A stretch of 64,000 nt of DNA from a virus, in the IMG/VR virus record IMGVR_UViG_3300025610_000001, one strand, 5' to 3'. Position numbers and translations under genes: made by a program. Position 1 is the stretch's first letter, and each line of letters opens with the position of its first letter. This document shows, in pieces, positions 14,045-23,227 of this stretch. The notes under the pieces are model-generated. The model saw only the letters and a list, made by a program, of their open reading frames with translations, made no database searches and was not told the origin of the DNA.

Positions 14045-16842
14045 GTATGTCTGAGGTTATTAAAGCAAAAAGAGAAGCCAAAGTTTTAGAAAAAATCCCT
14101 CAAGATTTATTTAATGAAATTGTCGGTGCAATGCCAGAAAGCGAAGCACCTGCACTAAATAGTTTATTGTTAGAATTGAACAAGGAAACGAAGCAATTTG
14201 ACGAAAATATGTCAAGAATCGAAAAGAAGAGAAAAAAGAAAGAAATAAGAAATAAAATTGAAAATTTCTTTTCAGAAGTAGAATCAAGAGCAAGTAAGCC
14301 AAATGAAGCAATTAGAGAACAGATTAAAGAAGTTCAAGAAAAATTCAAAAAAGATTCTGCTGAAACAACAAAAAAGTTTAGCGAAGAAAGAAAGAAAAAA
14401 ATGAAAAATTTAGAAGGTAAGCAACCATCAGAAAAAATTAGACAAGAAGTTGCTGATATTGCTTCTAAGAGAAATTCTGAACTTCAAGAATTAGCAAGGC
14501 AAAGAGATGCAGATGTAGAAAAATTAGAAAGAGAACTTACGGCAAGTGTGGAGTCTATTGAAATAGATAGAAGATTAATCGGTAAATTGGCTAATAAATT
14601 CTTTACTGTAAAAGTAGATAAATTAGAGAATCTAATAAATAAAATTAAAATACAAAGAGATGGAGAGTCATATCCTAACAAAGTATTTATCAACTTAGAT
14701 GCTGATAGTTTAGACAAATATGATTTTACTTTTACAAATGTAGAGTCTGTTGATATTTCACAACTTAAGGAACTAAAAAAGACTTCTGAAAAGAAAGCAC
14801 ATATTCAACTTATTATTGACACAATTAAGAAAAAAGAAAAAATTTCTACAAAGAAGTTCACAGGCTTCGGTATAGATTCAGATGAACTAATTGCAGGATT
14901 TAATCTTACAAAGTCAAATGAAAGAGAAGCGATTTATAAGTTTTGGGAAAAGGTTTCAGAAAAAGAAACTGAATTCGTTGAAGCCACTAGAACCTTTATT
15001 CAAGAATTAGAAAACTTACAAGATGAAGTTAAGTCCAAAGAAATAAAATCTTTTATCAGCAAATATAAAAATAGTATCAGCAAAGGAGAATTATTTTACT
15101 TAATGCCATTCCCATCACAACTTAAAAGAATACCAGAACCATTGGGTATTTTAATTAACATTATTGCATTCAAAGAAAAATTCTATGAAGAAGTAGAGGT
15201 TTCCTTTGAAGAAGATAATTCTGATGAATTACAAGGTTTTATGTCAGATTTTGCCGCTTATGTCCCATCGGATGAAAGAGGTGGCGGTGGAGGAACTAAA
15301 GCATCTTTTGATGTTTACAAGCCAAACTTACTTGAAGAACTTAATTCTGATTTAACAGGTGAACTCAAAAACGTTGAAGAAGACTTAGGCACGATAGACC
15401 CGCTACTATTATACGATATGGTAGTTAATGGAACTATTGCCTTAGTTAAGAAAGAAATTTCAGAATTTAACGAAGAGTTAGATGAATTTATTGATTCTGA
15501 TTCATTTGATTATATTTCAGGAGTACTTGGTGAGATAAGCGTAAAGGATGCTATTTTACCTGAAGATGACTTTGAAGAATTACAAGATTTAGTAGATGCT
15601 TTACAAGATACCTTTGCAATTGAAGGAGATAGTTTTACTTTACCTGTCTTTATGCTTTACGATGAAAAATTTGAAAGAGCATATGAAGGAAAAGAAATAG
15701 AATATAGAGAGAACCTTGAAACCAAAAATCCAAAAGAAATTGATGATAAAATTCAGGAGTTCTTAAAAGATGTTATTTCTTTGGTTGATATTGATTTCCA
15801 ATTTGCTATTAAAGAAGGAAAAGCAGCAGAAAAAACTTTAGGCTATGAACCTGATAGAACAATCACTTCTTGGGCGAGGGATAGAGATAGAGTAACTATT
15901 GACAGATTAGAACAAAGTCAAGTTTCTACCCTAAGAGGAAAAAAGGCTGAAAAAAGAATTGAAGAAGACCTTAAAGAAACTATGACTCCTTTCTTAACTG
16001 CAATTTCAGAATATTATTATAAACCATTCTTTAGAAATAGAGATATTGGAACAAAACCAAAATATCTTTCTAACAATACTGGAAGAGGAATTGTTTTATT
16101 GGCTAATGAATTAAAAGTAGATACTATTCTTGGTTCATCTTACAAAAAATTACTAAGAGGAACACAATCACAAAGAAGACAATTAAGACCAAAACTATTC
16201 AAAGACATTCTAGCATTTTTACAACTTACAAGAAACCCATCAAACTTACAACAATTGATAGATATGGGAGAAAGTGCCGTTCAAGGACTTAATAAAATTT
16301 TCCCAAAAACAGAAGAAAGAAACAGAAATCATATTGCAAAGATTATTTCATCTCTAGCGGATAAAATGAAAACTAAAGATACGGTAGATAGAAAAACAAT
16401 CAAAGGAAAAACAATCAAGCAAAGAGCCTTAGAATACGATAAGCAAGTTTCACAAGGATTAGAAATGCCCCTCTTCGCTTTGCCATATTGGATTACTGTA
16501 AATAAAAGAAGTTTCAATAATAAAACTCATGAGAAAGCATTTTCTCAATTAGAAAATTTCTTCAATAGAGGACAGAATGTTCCGCTTGTTCTGACAAAGA
16601 TGCTAATGGCTCACGATGAAATTAGAAAGATGTTGGGTAAAGATGTAGTATATGGGTTCTATAATTTAGAATACAATGACATTGATGAGTTTATTCTCAA
16701 GATACACGATGAGAATAAATTAGATTTAAGCCACATGGAAGTTACTGAAATCGTAAAGTCATATGATTCCCATGAGAATATCTCAAAAGAATACGGAATT
16801 AGTTCTGACGAAGTATATTTAATCAAGGCAAACTTTAGGTGA
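14041..16842 (+). CDS. Large K/E-rich orphan protein, 933 aa
   Basis: Track ORF with ATGA overlap to the upstream gene. Confidence 0.8.
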   Translation: MSMSEVIKAKREAKVLEKIPQDLFNEIVGAMPESEAPALNSLLLELNKETKQFDENMSRIEKKRKKKEIRNKIENFFSEVESRASKPNEAIREQIKEVQEKFKKDSAETTKKFSEERKKKMKNLEGKQPSEKIRQEVADIASKRNSELQELARQRDADVEKLERELTASVESIEIDRRLIGKLANKFFTVKVDKLENLINKIKIQRDGESYPNKVFINLDADSLDKYDFTFTNVESVDISQLKELKKTSEKKAHIQLIIDTIKKKEKISTKKFTGFGIDSDELIAGFNLTKSNEREAIYKFWEKVSEKETEFVEATRTFIQELENLQDEVKSKEIKSFISKYKNSISKGELFYLMPFPSQLKRIPEPLGILINIIAFKEKFYEEVEVSFEEDNSDELQGFMSDFAAYVPSDERGGGGGTKASFDVYKPNLLEELNSDLTGELKNVEEDLGTIDPLLLYDMVVNGTIALVKKEISEFNEELDEFIDSDSFDYISGVLGEISVKDAILPEDDFEELQDLVDALQDTFAIEGDSFTLPVFMLYDEKFERAYEGKEIEYRENLETKNPKEIDDKIQEFLKDVISLVDIDFQFAIKEGKAAEKTLGYEPDRTITSWARDRDRVTIDRLEQSQVSTLRGKKAEKRIEEDLKETMTPFLTAISEYYYKPFFRNRDIGTKPKYLSNNTGRGIVLLANELKVDTILGSSYKKLLRGTQSQRRQLRPKLFKDILAFLQLTRNPSNLQQLIDMGESAVQGLNKIFPKTEERNRNHIAKIISSLADKMKTKDTVDRKTIKGKTIKQRALEYDKQVSQGLEMPLFALPYWITVNKRSFNNKTHEKAFSQLENFFNRGQNVPLVLTKMLMAHDEIRKMLGKDVVYGFYNLEYNDIDEFILKIHDENKLDLSHMEVTEIVKSYDSHENISKEYGISSDEVYLIKANFR

Positions 16843-16846
16843 TATT

Positions 16847-17464
16847 ATGGTAGAAAAGTATTCTAAAGATGACATTGAATTTAAAGAAATGTCAGAAGAT
16901 GAAGCAGTTGCTACATTCGTTAAAGATGGCTATGATAAATATGTTAAAAGAAGCGTAAGATATGGGAGTAATCTTTCTCCAGATTCAGAATGGGCAAAAA
17001 GCCCAGCAAAAATGTTTGTTGCTTTTTATGAAGATAAACCAGTTGGTGTCATGGGATTTTCAGAATACAAGGGAGTTCTTCTAGGTGCAGGTATTCATAT
17101 TCGTGAAGATGAAAGAAAAAAAGGCTTATTTGGAATTTTAGTAGATAAAATTCTTTCTGAGAAAGGAAGTAAGACTCTTTACATTAACGTAGCAAAAGAA
17201 GGATTAGGTGCTGCATTTCGGAAAAAGGGGTTTAAAGATATGAAAAAGGATGAACTCCCTCAAGACATACAAGAAGACCTTCAGGGAACTAAGTATTCAG
17301 ACCAAGTTCAAAAGTGGATGAAATTAAAGGCTAAAGATATGGCAGAAGACAAGCCTATGCCACAAATTACTACTCGTATAAAAGGAAAAACAGAAAAGAC
17401 AAAGGATAGAACCTATTCTGGTAAAAACTTCCCCGAATGGAAAAAGATTCTTAGGGGTGATTAA
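16847..17464 (+). CDS. GNAT-like acetyltransferase, 205 aa; ends with a W-motif relic EWKKILRGD
   Basis: The segment GVMGF...GIHIREDERKKGLFGILVDKIL resembles GNAT motif A (R-x-x-G-x-G/A). Confidence 0.45.
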   Translation: MVEKYSKDDIEFKEMSEDEAVATFVKDGYDKYVKRSVRYGSNLSPDSEWAKSPAKMFVAFYEDKPVGVMGFSEYKGVLLGAGIHIREDERKKGLFGILVDKILSEKGSKTLYINVAKEGLGAAFRKKGFKDMKKDELPQDIQEDLQGTKYSDQVQKWMKLKAKDMAEDKPMPQITTRIKGKTEKTKDRTYSGKNFPEWKKILRGD

Positions 17465-18274
17465 ATGGGATGGAAAGATATTCTAAAGGTATTACCTCCT
17501 AGTGATTGGGAAGCATATCCATATCCAGAATTAGAAGCAGTAAGTGGTGATTATCAAGCCAAAGCCAAAGATATAGGTTCTACTAGATTTATCGTCAGAC
17601 CTCACTATTTAGATAGGCTTTATAACGTAACTCCTAAAGGACACGGCACAAGAAAAAGAAATACAGATGATTTGAATAAGTGGGCAAATGGTGCTAAAAA
17701 TTTACCAACAGGCAAATACTGGATGTATGCTAATGAGGATGAAAATGATTTAGATGTAATTATTTTAAATGTTATTGGAAAAGGGCAACCATTTCCAGGC
17801 CATGCTAATAAAAAGAAATTAGATAGAAGCATTACCAATTCTGAAACAGGAGAACAAATAACGAAAGTTGTTTTCTTTACTAACTACTTCGGAGTAAAGG
17901 GAATAAGACAACGAGTTGCTAGTAAATTTAAAGCGACTCGTTTTGATTATCTTTATACTGGATTAAAGCCTAATCACAAACAAAGAGATGTAAGTGATGC
18001 TAAGGTTAAAAGAAAGGTAAAATCAATTAGTATAGATGATTTGAGTTCTCCACAACAAACAAAACCTGATGCTACTCCAGAAAAACCAAAGAAAGAATAT
18101 GGTAAATTAGTTAGTGAATATTTAAAGGATGTTAAAGGATTTAATATTGATTTACCCATAAATACTCTTAAAGAAATGATTACTGAAAAAGGTAAAACCA
18201 CTTGGCCCTTGCTTGGAAGAAGAGAACGAAGAGATTTAATAGACGATGCTAAAGCCTATCATAAATTAAGGTGA
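17465..18274 (+). CDS. W-tag protein (MGWKDILK...), 269 aa, immediately upstream of the large terminase
   Basis: Track ORF. The position is compatible with a small terminase subunit, but no motif supports it. Confidence 0.7.
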   Translation: MGWKDILKVLPPSDWEAYPYPELEAVSGDYQAKAKDIGSTRFIVRPHYLDRLYNVTPKGHGTRKRNTDDLNKWANGAKNLPTGKYWMYANEDENDLDVIILNVIGKGQPFPGHANKKKLDRSITNSETGEQITKVVFFTNYFGVKGIRQRVASKFKATRFDYLYTGLKPNHKQRDVSDAKVKRKVKSISIDDLSSPQQTKPDATPEKPKKEYGKLVSEYLKDVKGFNIDLPINTLKEMITEKGKTTWPLLGRRERRDLIDDAKAYHKLR

Positions 18275-18278
18275 TTAG

Positions 18279-19709
18279 ATGGAAATAGAAGAATTTAATC
18301 TAGAACATCAAATGGATATGGAGTTATCAAAGAACTCCTTTCCATATTTTTTCCAACACGTTCTAGGTTTTGACTTTCCAACATACATACAAGAATGGTA
18401 TGGCTTGATGAATGATACACAAAGAACTGTTATTATTTGTAGCCGTGACCACGGAAAATCTGTATTTATGCATTCATGGGTTGTTTGGAATTTAGTGTTT
18501 AGACCTCCGCCATATCAAATGCTTTACATCTCATCTAACCAAAAACAGACAATGGTTCACATGAGAGATATTGATAAGATGTTTCAGCACCCATTACTTA
18601 AAAAATTCAAACCCTCTAGAGGTTGGGCTATTGGAAACATTACATTAACAAACGGTAATCAAATTCTTGAGCGTTCCGTTGGTTCACAGATTCGTGGTTT
18701 GCACCCACAAGAAATTATTATTGACGACCCCTTGAAAGAATTTAGCGTAAGCGGTATTCAAAAGGTTACAGACTGGTTTTACGGGGATATGATTCCTACT
18801 CTTCACCATACTGCATCTTTGAGAGTTATCGGAACTCCGTTCAGTTATACGGATATTTACCGACAACTTGAAGAAAATGCCGCATATACTGTTAGAACCT
18901 ATCCTTGTTTAAATGCTCTCAATGAACCCCTTTGGCCTGACCGTTGGGACTATGATGCTTTAATGTCAAGAAAGGCTGAAATTGGTTCACTTAAATTTAC
19001 AAGAGAATATATGTGTGTTCCTATTTCAACTGGTACTTCTCTCTTTAATCCAGAATATTTAGACCTTGCAAAGAATAAGAACTTAGTTTTGAAACCTAGT
19101 AGAAGAGAAGGATATAAGTATTATGTGGGAGTTGACCCAGCAATTTCAACAGATGGCGACTATAACGTAATTACTGTATTAGAAGTTGATGAAGATGACA
19201 ATAAAAACATTGTATATATTGACCGTTCTAAAAACGTAGAGTTTAGAGAAAACATCAATAAAGTTAAACTTATTGGTAAAATATTCAATCCAGAAGTAAT
19301 CCTTTTTGAAACAAATACATTCGCAAAGTCATTTACTCAGGAACTTCGCAACGTCGCAGATTTAAATGTTCATGACTTTAACACTACTCGAAAGAAAAAA
19401 GAAGAAATTATCTTAAATTTGCAAATGACCTTAGAAAACCAAAAGATGAATTTTCCTTATGGTAATGAAGAAAGTCGAAGAGTTACTTCTGCTTTGGTAG
19501 AAGAACTGTCTATGTTTGCTATTACAGAACGTGGAAGATTTGAGGGAATCGGGGCGCACGACGACATGGTGATGAGCCTAGCACTAGCCAATTCAGCGAC
19601 GTTTCAGATGACGGATAACTTCATACTCTTAGATGACATGGAGATATTCGGGAGTTCTAAACCGTCTAACAATCGAGTTAAAACACCTTTCTTGGGGTTG
19701 AATTTTTAA
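18279..19709 (+). CDS. terL: Terminase large subunit
   Basis: Walker A-like CSRDHGKS and Walker B EIIIDDP. Nuclease-domain signatures VGVDPAISTDGDYNV and GAHDDMVMSLALA. Confidence 0.9.
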   Translation: MEIEEFNLEHQMDMELSKNSFPYFFQHVLGFDFPTYIQEWYGLMNDTQRTVIICSRDHGKSVFMHSWVVWNLVFRPPPYQMLYISSNQKQTMVHMRDIDKMFQHPLLKKFKPSRGWAIGNITLTNGNQILERSVGSQIRGLHPQEIIIDDPLKEFSVSGIQKVTDWFYGDMIPTLHHTASLRVIGTPFSYTDIYRQLEENAAYTVRTYPCLNALNEPLWPDRWDYDALMSRKAEIGSLKFTREYMCVPISTGTSLFNPEYLDLAKNKNLVLKPSRREGYKYYVGVDPAISTDGDYNVITVLEVDEDDNKNIVYIDRSKNVEFRENINKVKLIGKIFNPEVILFETNTFAKSFTQELRNVADLNVHDFNTTRKKKEEIILNLQMTLENQKMNFPYGNEESRRVTSALVEELSMFAITERGRFEGIGAHDDMVMSLALANSATFQMTDNFILLDDMEIFGSSKPSNNRVKTPFLGLNF

Positions 19710-20035
19710 TGTGGGAAGATATTCTTAAAAGAAAAAAATCTTACACTGGTAAGTTAAAAGACCTTGTTAATGAAGTTTATACTGGTAAAATAGTGGGTGC
19801 TGATTTTAAAAAGGTAAAACAACTCTTAGCAGATGAAGACTTCGATATTAGATTTCACGTTGAGTTACAAGTAAAGCGTGGAGAATTTGTTCACTTTTTT
19901 ACATTTGCAGCGAGAACTTTTATGGATTTCTTGACAGGATTATCAACAACTATTGTAGGCATGAAGATACCATCTTTGGGTAGAGAATTCAATAAAAATA
20001 GAGATATTATCAGAATATATTCAGATGACGTTTAG
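19709..20035 (+). CDS. W-tag protein (MWEDILKR...), 108 aa
   Basis: Track ORF with TAATG overlap to terL. Confidence 0.75.
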   Translation: MWEDILKRKKSYTGKLKDLVNEVYTGKIVGADFKKVKQLLADEDFDIRFHVELQVKRGEFVHFFTFAARTFMDFLTGLSTTIVGMKIPSLGREFNKNRDIIRIYSDDV

Positions 20036-20043
20036 GTGATATT

Positions 20044-21414
20044 ATGGCAACAGCAGAAGAAATGAGAGAGGCTTCCGATAAATTACAGGAACTTGCTAGA
20101 ATTTCTGAAGAAGAAGAGGGTTTAAAGGAAGAACTCTCAGAAACGATAGGTGATGATATTAAACTATCCTTTCTAAGTACAGGCCACGTTTTATCAGAAT
20201 ATGAAGAAATTCAACAAATCTCAAAAAATCTAAATATGAATCTAACTGATGCAAGAAAACAATTAACTTATCCTAACGAATATTCTATTGATGGTCAATC
20301 AATTCCAGACTTAGTAAAGAAAATGCGTTTGGCTCGAAGAGAACTAAAAGGAGAACAGAAAGATAAAATGTCAAAGGCAATTGACAATATCATTGATGCT
20401 TATTCAGACCATGTTATGAAGTGTATTGATTCTATTCATTGGCTTAAGCCATATAAATATCCATTACTCAAAATGAACTTTAATGAAAAGCATTTGAGAA
20501 AAATGGAAAAAATGAAATCATTAGAAGAAAGAAGAAGCATTGTAGATACTCTTTGCAAGTTCTGGGAAAAGGATTTACAAATACAAGACATGGCATATTC
20601 TGAAGAATATGCAAAAATTTCAAAAGAAATGAAAATAACTAAAAAACAATTTAGAGATACTATCGCTAAAATTAATGTTCAAAAAATTACGAAGAGTAAA
20701 AGAGAACTTGTTCAAGAATTCGTTTTAAAATCTATTTGTGAGAATAGAGGTATAGGAGCAAAAAGAATACATGATATGATGCCTAATAATCTTTACAAGC
20801 ATACTAATTCAAATATGATTTCAAAAATGGTTAGAAGCATGGATGTTATCAATGACAACGGTTCTTATTACAAAGCACCGTCATTAATGAAGAAAAACAT
20901 TTGGGCTTATTGTGCTGCATTTATTGATTCAGATGGATATATTACATTAGACCGCAACATGAATCCTAGAGTCGGAATGGTTGCTACGGGCCAAAGAGGT
21001 AGAGTATTTATGGAAGAAATGCACAAGTCTATTGGTTTTGGTCGTATGCATCTTGACCAGAAATCACCACAAAATACTCGATTAATTAATCGTTTAAATT
21101 TCTATTCACAAGATGACGTTACAAATATTTTAACAAAGTGCTTGCCTCATTTCAGATTAAAGAAGGGTAATGCTAATTTATTGCTCGAACTTATTCGCAT
21201 GAAGAAATCATATAAGAAAGCCGATTGGTATAAAGACCGTTGCGATGAAATTTTCAAGTTAATGAAATGGGAGAACCATAAAGACCATGTTGGTTTTGAT
21301 TGGGCTAAAGAAAATATTTACTTAGATGATATTGCAAAGTTACAAGGTAATTGTAAAATGAGTCTTATGGATGAATTGGAGAATGTCGGTGGTATTGTTC
21401 TTAAGGAGGTTTAA
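20044..21414 (+). CDS. LAGLIDADG-domain protein (single motif) with a long N-terminal extension, 456 aa
   Basis: WAYCAAFIDSDGYITLDRN matches a LAGLIDADG motif and is followed by a typical core. The N-terminal 290 aa are unassigned. Confidence 0.6.
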   Translation: MATAEEMREASDKLQELARISEEEEGLKEELSETIGDDIKLSFLSTGHVLSEYEEIQQISKNLNMNLTDARKQLTYPNEYSIDGQSIPDLVKKMRLARRELKGEQKDKMSKAIDNIIDAYSDHVMKCIDSIHWLKPYKYPLLKMNFNEKHLRKMEKMKSLEERRSIVDTLCKFWEKDLQIQDMAYSEEYAKISKEMKITKKQFRDTIAKINVQKITKSKRELVQEFVLKSICENRGIGAKRIHDMMPNNLYKHTNSNMISKMVRSMDVINDNGSYYKAPSLMKKNIWAYCAAFIDSDGYITLDRNMNPRVGMVATGQRGRVFMEEMHKSIGFGRMHLDQKSPQNTRLINRLNFYSQDDVTNILTKCLPHFRLKKGNANLLLELIRMKKSYKKADWYKDRCDEIFKLMKWENHKDHVGFDWAKENIYLDDIAKLQGNCKMSLMDELENVGGIVLKEV

Positions 21415-21416
21415 TT

Positions 21417-21878
21417 ATGAACTGGATGAATATATTGAAGAGAAAAGTAGATACTTACGAAGAATACAAGAAAGAGCGTGAAAGATTACTTCAAGAACAG
21501 AAGAGGGAACAACAAAAGATATTGGATTCTCTATTTGATGAAAATGGTAAAAGAAAGAGATTTCTTAACAATGAAGAAATGAAAGAAATGGGGAAAATAA
21601 ACGAACCTCTTAATAATTTTGATGATATAAATGAAGAATATTATGACAGAATGATTAGCGATGAAAAATTTGCAGAAGAAAATGAAAAGAGAATCAAAAG
21701 AGAAAGAGAACGAAAGGCACAGATGCAAGAAAGAGGATTAAAAGGCCGCAGACACGGTGGAAGAAAGAAAAATAAAAAGCGAAAAGGTCAATTTCAAGTT
21801 CAAAGAGGTTCAGGTCAATCTAAATCACAAAGAAGAAGTGGTGGAAGAGATGACTCAAGACGATTCAGAAAATTATAG
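21417..21878 (+). CDS. W-tag protein (MNWMNILK...), 153 aa, extremely basic R/K/G C-terminus
   Basis: Track ORF. Confidence 0.75.
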   Translation: MNWMNILKRKVDTYEEYKKERERLLQEQKREQQKILDSLFDENGKRKRFLNNEEMKEMGKINEPLNNFDDINEEYYDRMISDEKFAEENEKRIKRERERKAQMQERGLKGRRHGGRKKNKKRKGQFQVQRGSGQSKSQRRSGGRDDSRRFRKL

Positions 21879-21886
21879 GGATATTT

Positions 21887-22009
21887 ATGAATATAGGAAA
21901 CCATAATTTCATGTATTGTGGCATTTGCTACATTGAAGGAGAAAAACCATTCAGTTTCTGCGACTTATGCTGGATTGCTCATGGAAAACCAAAGGGGATG
22001 AATGAATGA
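21887..22009 (+). CDS. Zinc-ribbon micro-protein, 40 aa (CGIC...CDLC)
   Basis: Not in the track. ATGA overlap with the next gene. Confidence 0.45.
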   Translation: MNIGNHNFMYCGICYIEGEKPFSFCDLCWIAHGKPKGMNE

Positions 22010-22272
22010 GTTGGAAAGAAATCTTAAAATTTAAAAGGCGATTTAAAAAAGTCTACAAAAATAAAAAAACAGGTAGAACTAATACTGTCAAATATGGACA
22101 GGCTGGGAAGGCTAAAGATGGAAAAGACCGAATAAGGCCAGGAACTTCTAAAGGAGACGCTTATTGTGCAAGGTCAAATAAAATCAAAGGTAATTGGAGA
22201 AATGACCCAAATAGCCCTAATAATCTAAGTAGAAAGAACTGGAAATGTCATGGTAATAAATCTAGAAGGTGA
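22006..22272 (+). CDS. W-tag small basic protein (MSWKEILK...), 88 aa
   Basis: The pattern VKYGQAG...RPGT.KGDAYCARS...W.C recalls a widespread small viral protein family. That resemblance is from memory and was not searched. Confidence 0.7.
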   Translation: MSWKEILKFKRRFKKVYKNKKTGRTNTVKYGQAGKAKDGKDRIRPGTSKGDAYCARSNKIKGNWRNDPNSPNNLSRKNWKCHGNKSRR

Positions 22273-22276
22273 TATT

Positions 22277-22516
22277 ATGAATTGGCAAGAGGTTCTTAAG
22301 AAAGACCCACGACGCACTAAAAAGGCTCGTAAAAAAAGAAAGAAGGCTAAATCTTCACCATATGCAAATCCTAAATTAAGAGCAAGTGTTGTTCAAGCCG
22401 CTAAAAATAAGATATTTGGAGATGGTAAAGGCGGAAACGCTAGAGGCAAATGGTCTGGAAGAAAGGCTCAATGGGCTGCAAGAGAATATAAAGAGCGTGG
22501 AGGGAAATATAAATGA
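22277..22516 (+). CDS. W-tag small basic protein (MNWQEVLK...), 79 aa
   Basis: Trimmed from 22250. The core GKWSGRKAQWAAREYKERGGKY recalls a widespread small-protein family. Confidence 0.7.
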   Translation: MNWQEVLKKDPRRTKKARKKRKKAKSSPYANPKLRASVVQAAKNKIFGDGKGGNARGKWSGRKAQWAAREYKERGGKYK

Positions 22517-22821
22517 GTTGGCGAGATATTCTCAAGGCTAAGACCGAAGAACAACAAGATTTAGACGAATGGACTGATGAGGATTGGGGAACTAAAACAG
22601 AACATAGCGCAAAAGAAAAAGGTAAAACTCCTAGAAAAGTAAAAACAAGAGGCAGATATATGCCTTATAAAACTTATAAGAAAACTCCTAAAGGCACTTT
22701 AAATTATCAAGACAAAAAGAAAAGACAAGGATTAAAGTCTGGTAAAACTGTTACTCCAACTGGTAAAAAATTCAGTCAAAAGAGAAGTCGTGGAAGAGGA
22801 TTTACAGGTGATTTAAAATGA
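22513..22821 (+). CDS. W-tag small basic protein (MSWRDILK...), 102 aa
   Basis: Track ORF with EWTDEDWGTK...RYMP pattern. Confidence 0.7.
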   Translation: MSWRDILKAKTEEQQDLDEWTDEDWGTKTEHSAKEKGKTPRKVKTRGRYMPYKTYKKTPKGTLNYQDKKKRQGLKSGKTVTPTGKKFSQKRSRGRGFTGDLK

Positions 22822-23186
22822 AATGGGAAGAAATTATTAAAAGAAACTGTGGTTGTGGAAAGAATCCTTGTGAAAAATATGGAGAAATACAGAAAGGTAA
22901 AGGAGAAAGGCATTTTTTCATTGAAGGAGAAAAACCTGTTCAATGGGTTGGCCCAACTCATAAACATCCCGATGGTACATTAATGTCAGGAAAAGAACAT
23001 ACTGATAAAAGTAAAAAACTATATCACTTTTATGACTTAGAAGAGAAATACCTAAAACATTTAAGTAAAGATACAACTGTAATCAAACTTTCACCAAAGC
23101 AAAAGAAAATCGCAGAATTAAAGCCACCAAAGGATAAAATTGATGCTGATGACCTTGCCGAGTTAAGAAGTAGAGAAAACCCTTAA
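22818..23186 (+). CDS. W-tag protein (MKWEEIIK...), 122 aa, with a THKHPDGTLMSGKEHT motif
   Basis: Track ORF with ATGA overlap. Confidence 0.7.
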   Translation: MKWEEIIKRNCGCGKNPCEKYGEIQKGKGERHFFIEGEKPVQWVGPTHKHPDGTLMSGKEHTDKSKKLYHFYDLEEKYLKHLSKDTTVIKLSPKQKKIAELKPPKDKIDADDLAELRSRENP

Positions 23187-23227
23187 TAGGTGCATCTATT
23201 ATAGTCAAATATCGGGAGGCGTAGCGT

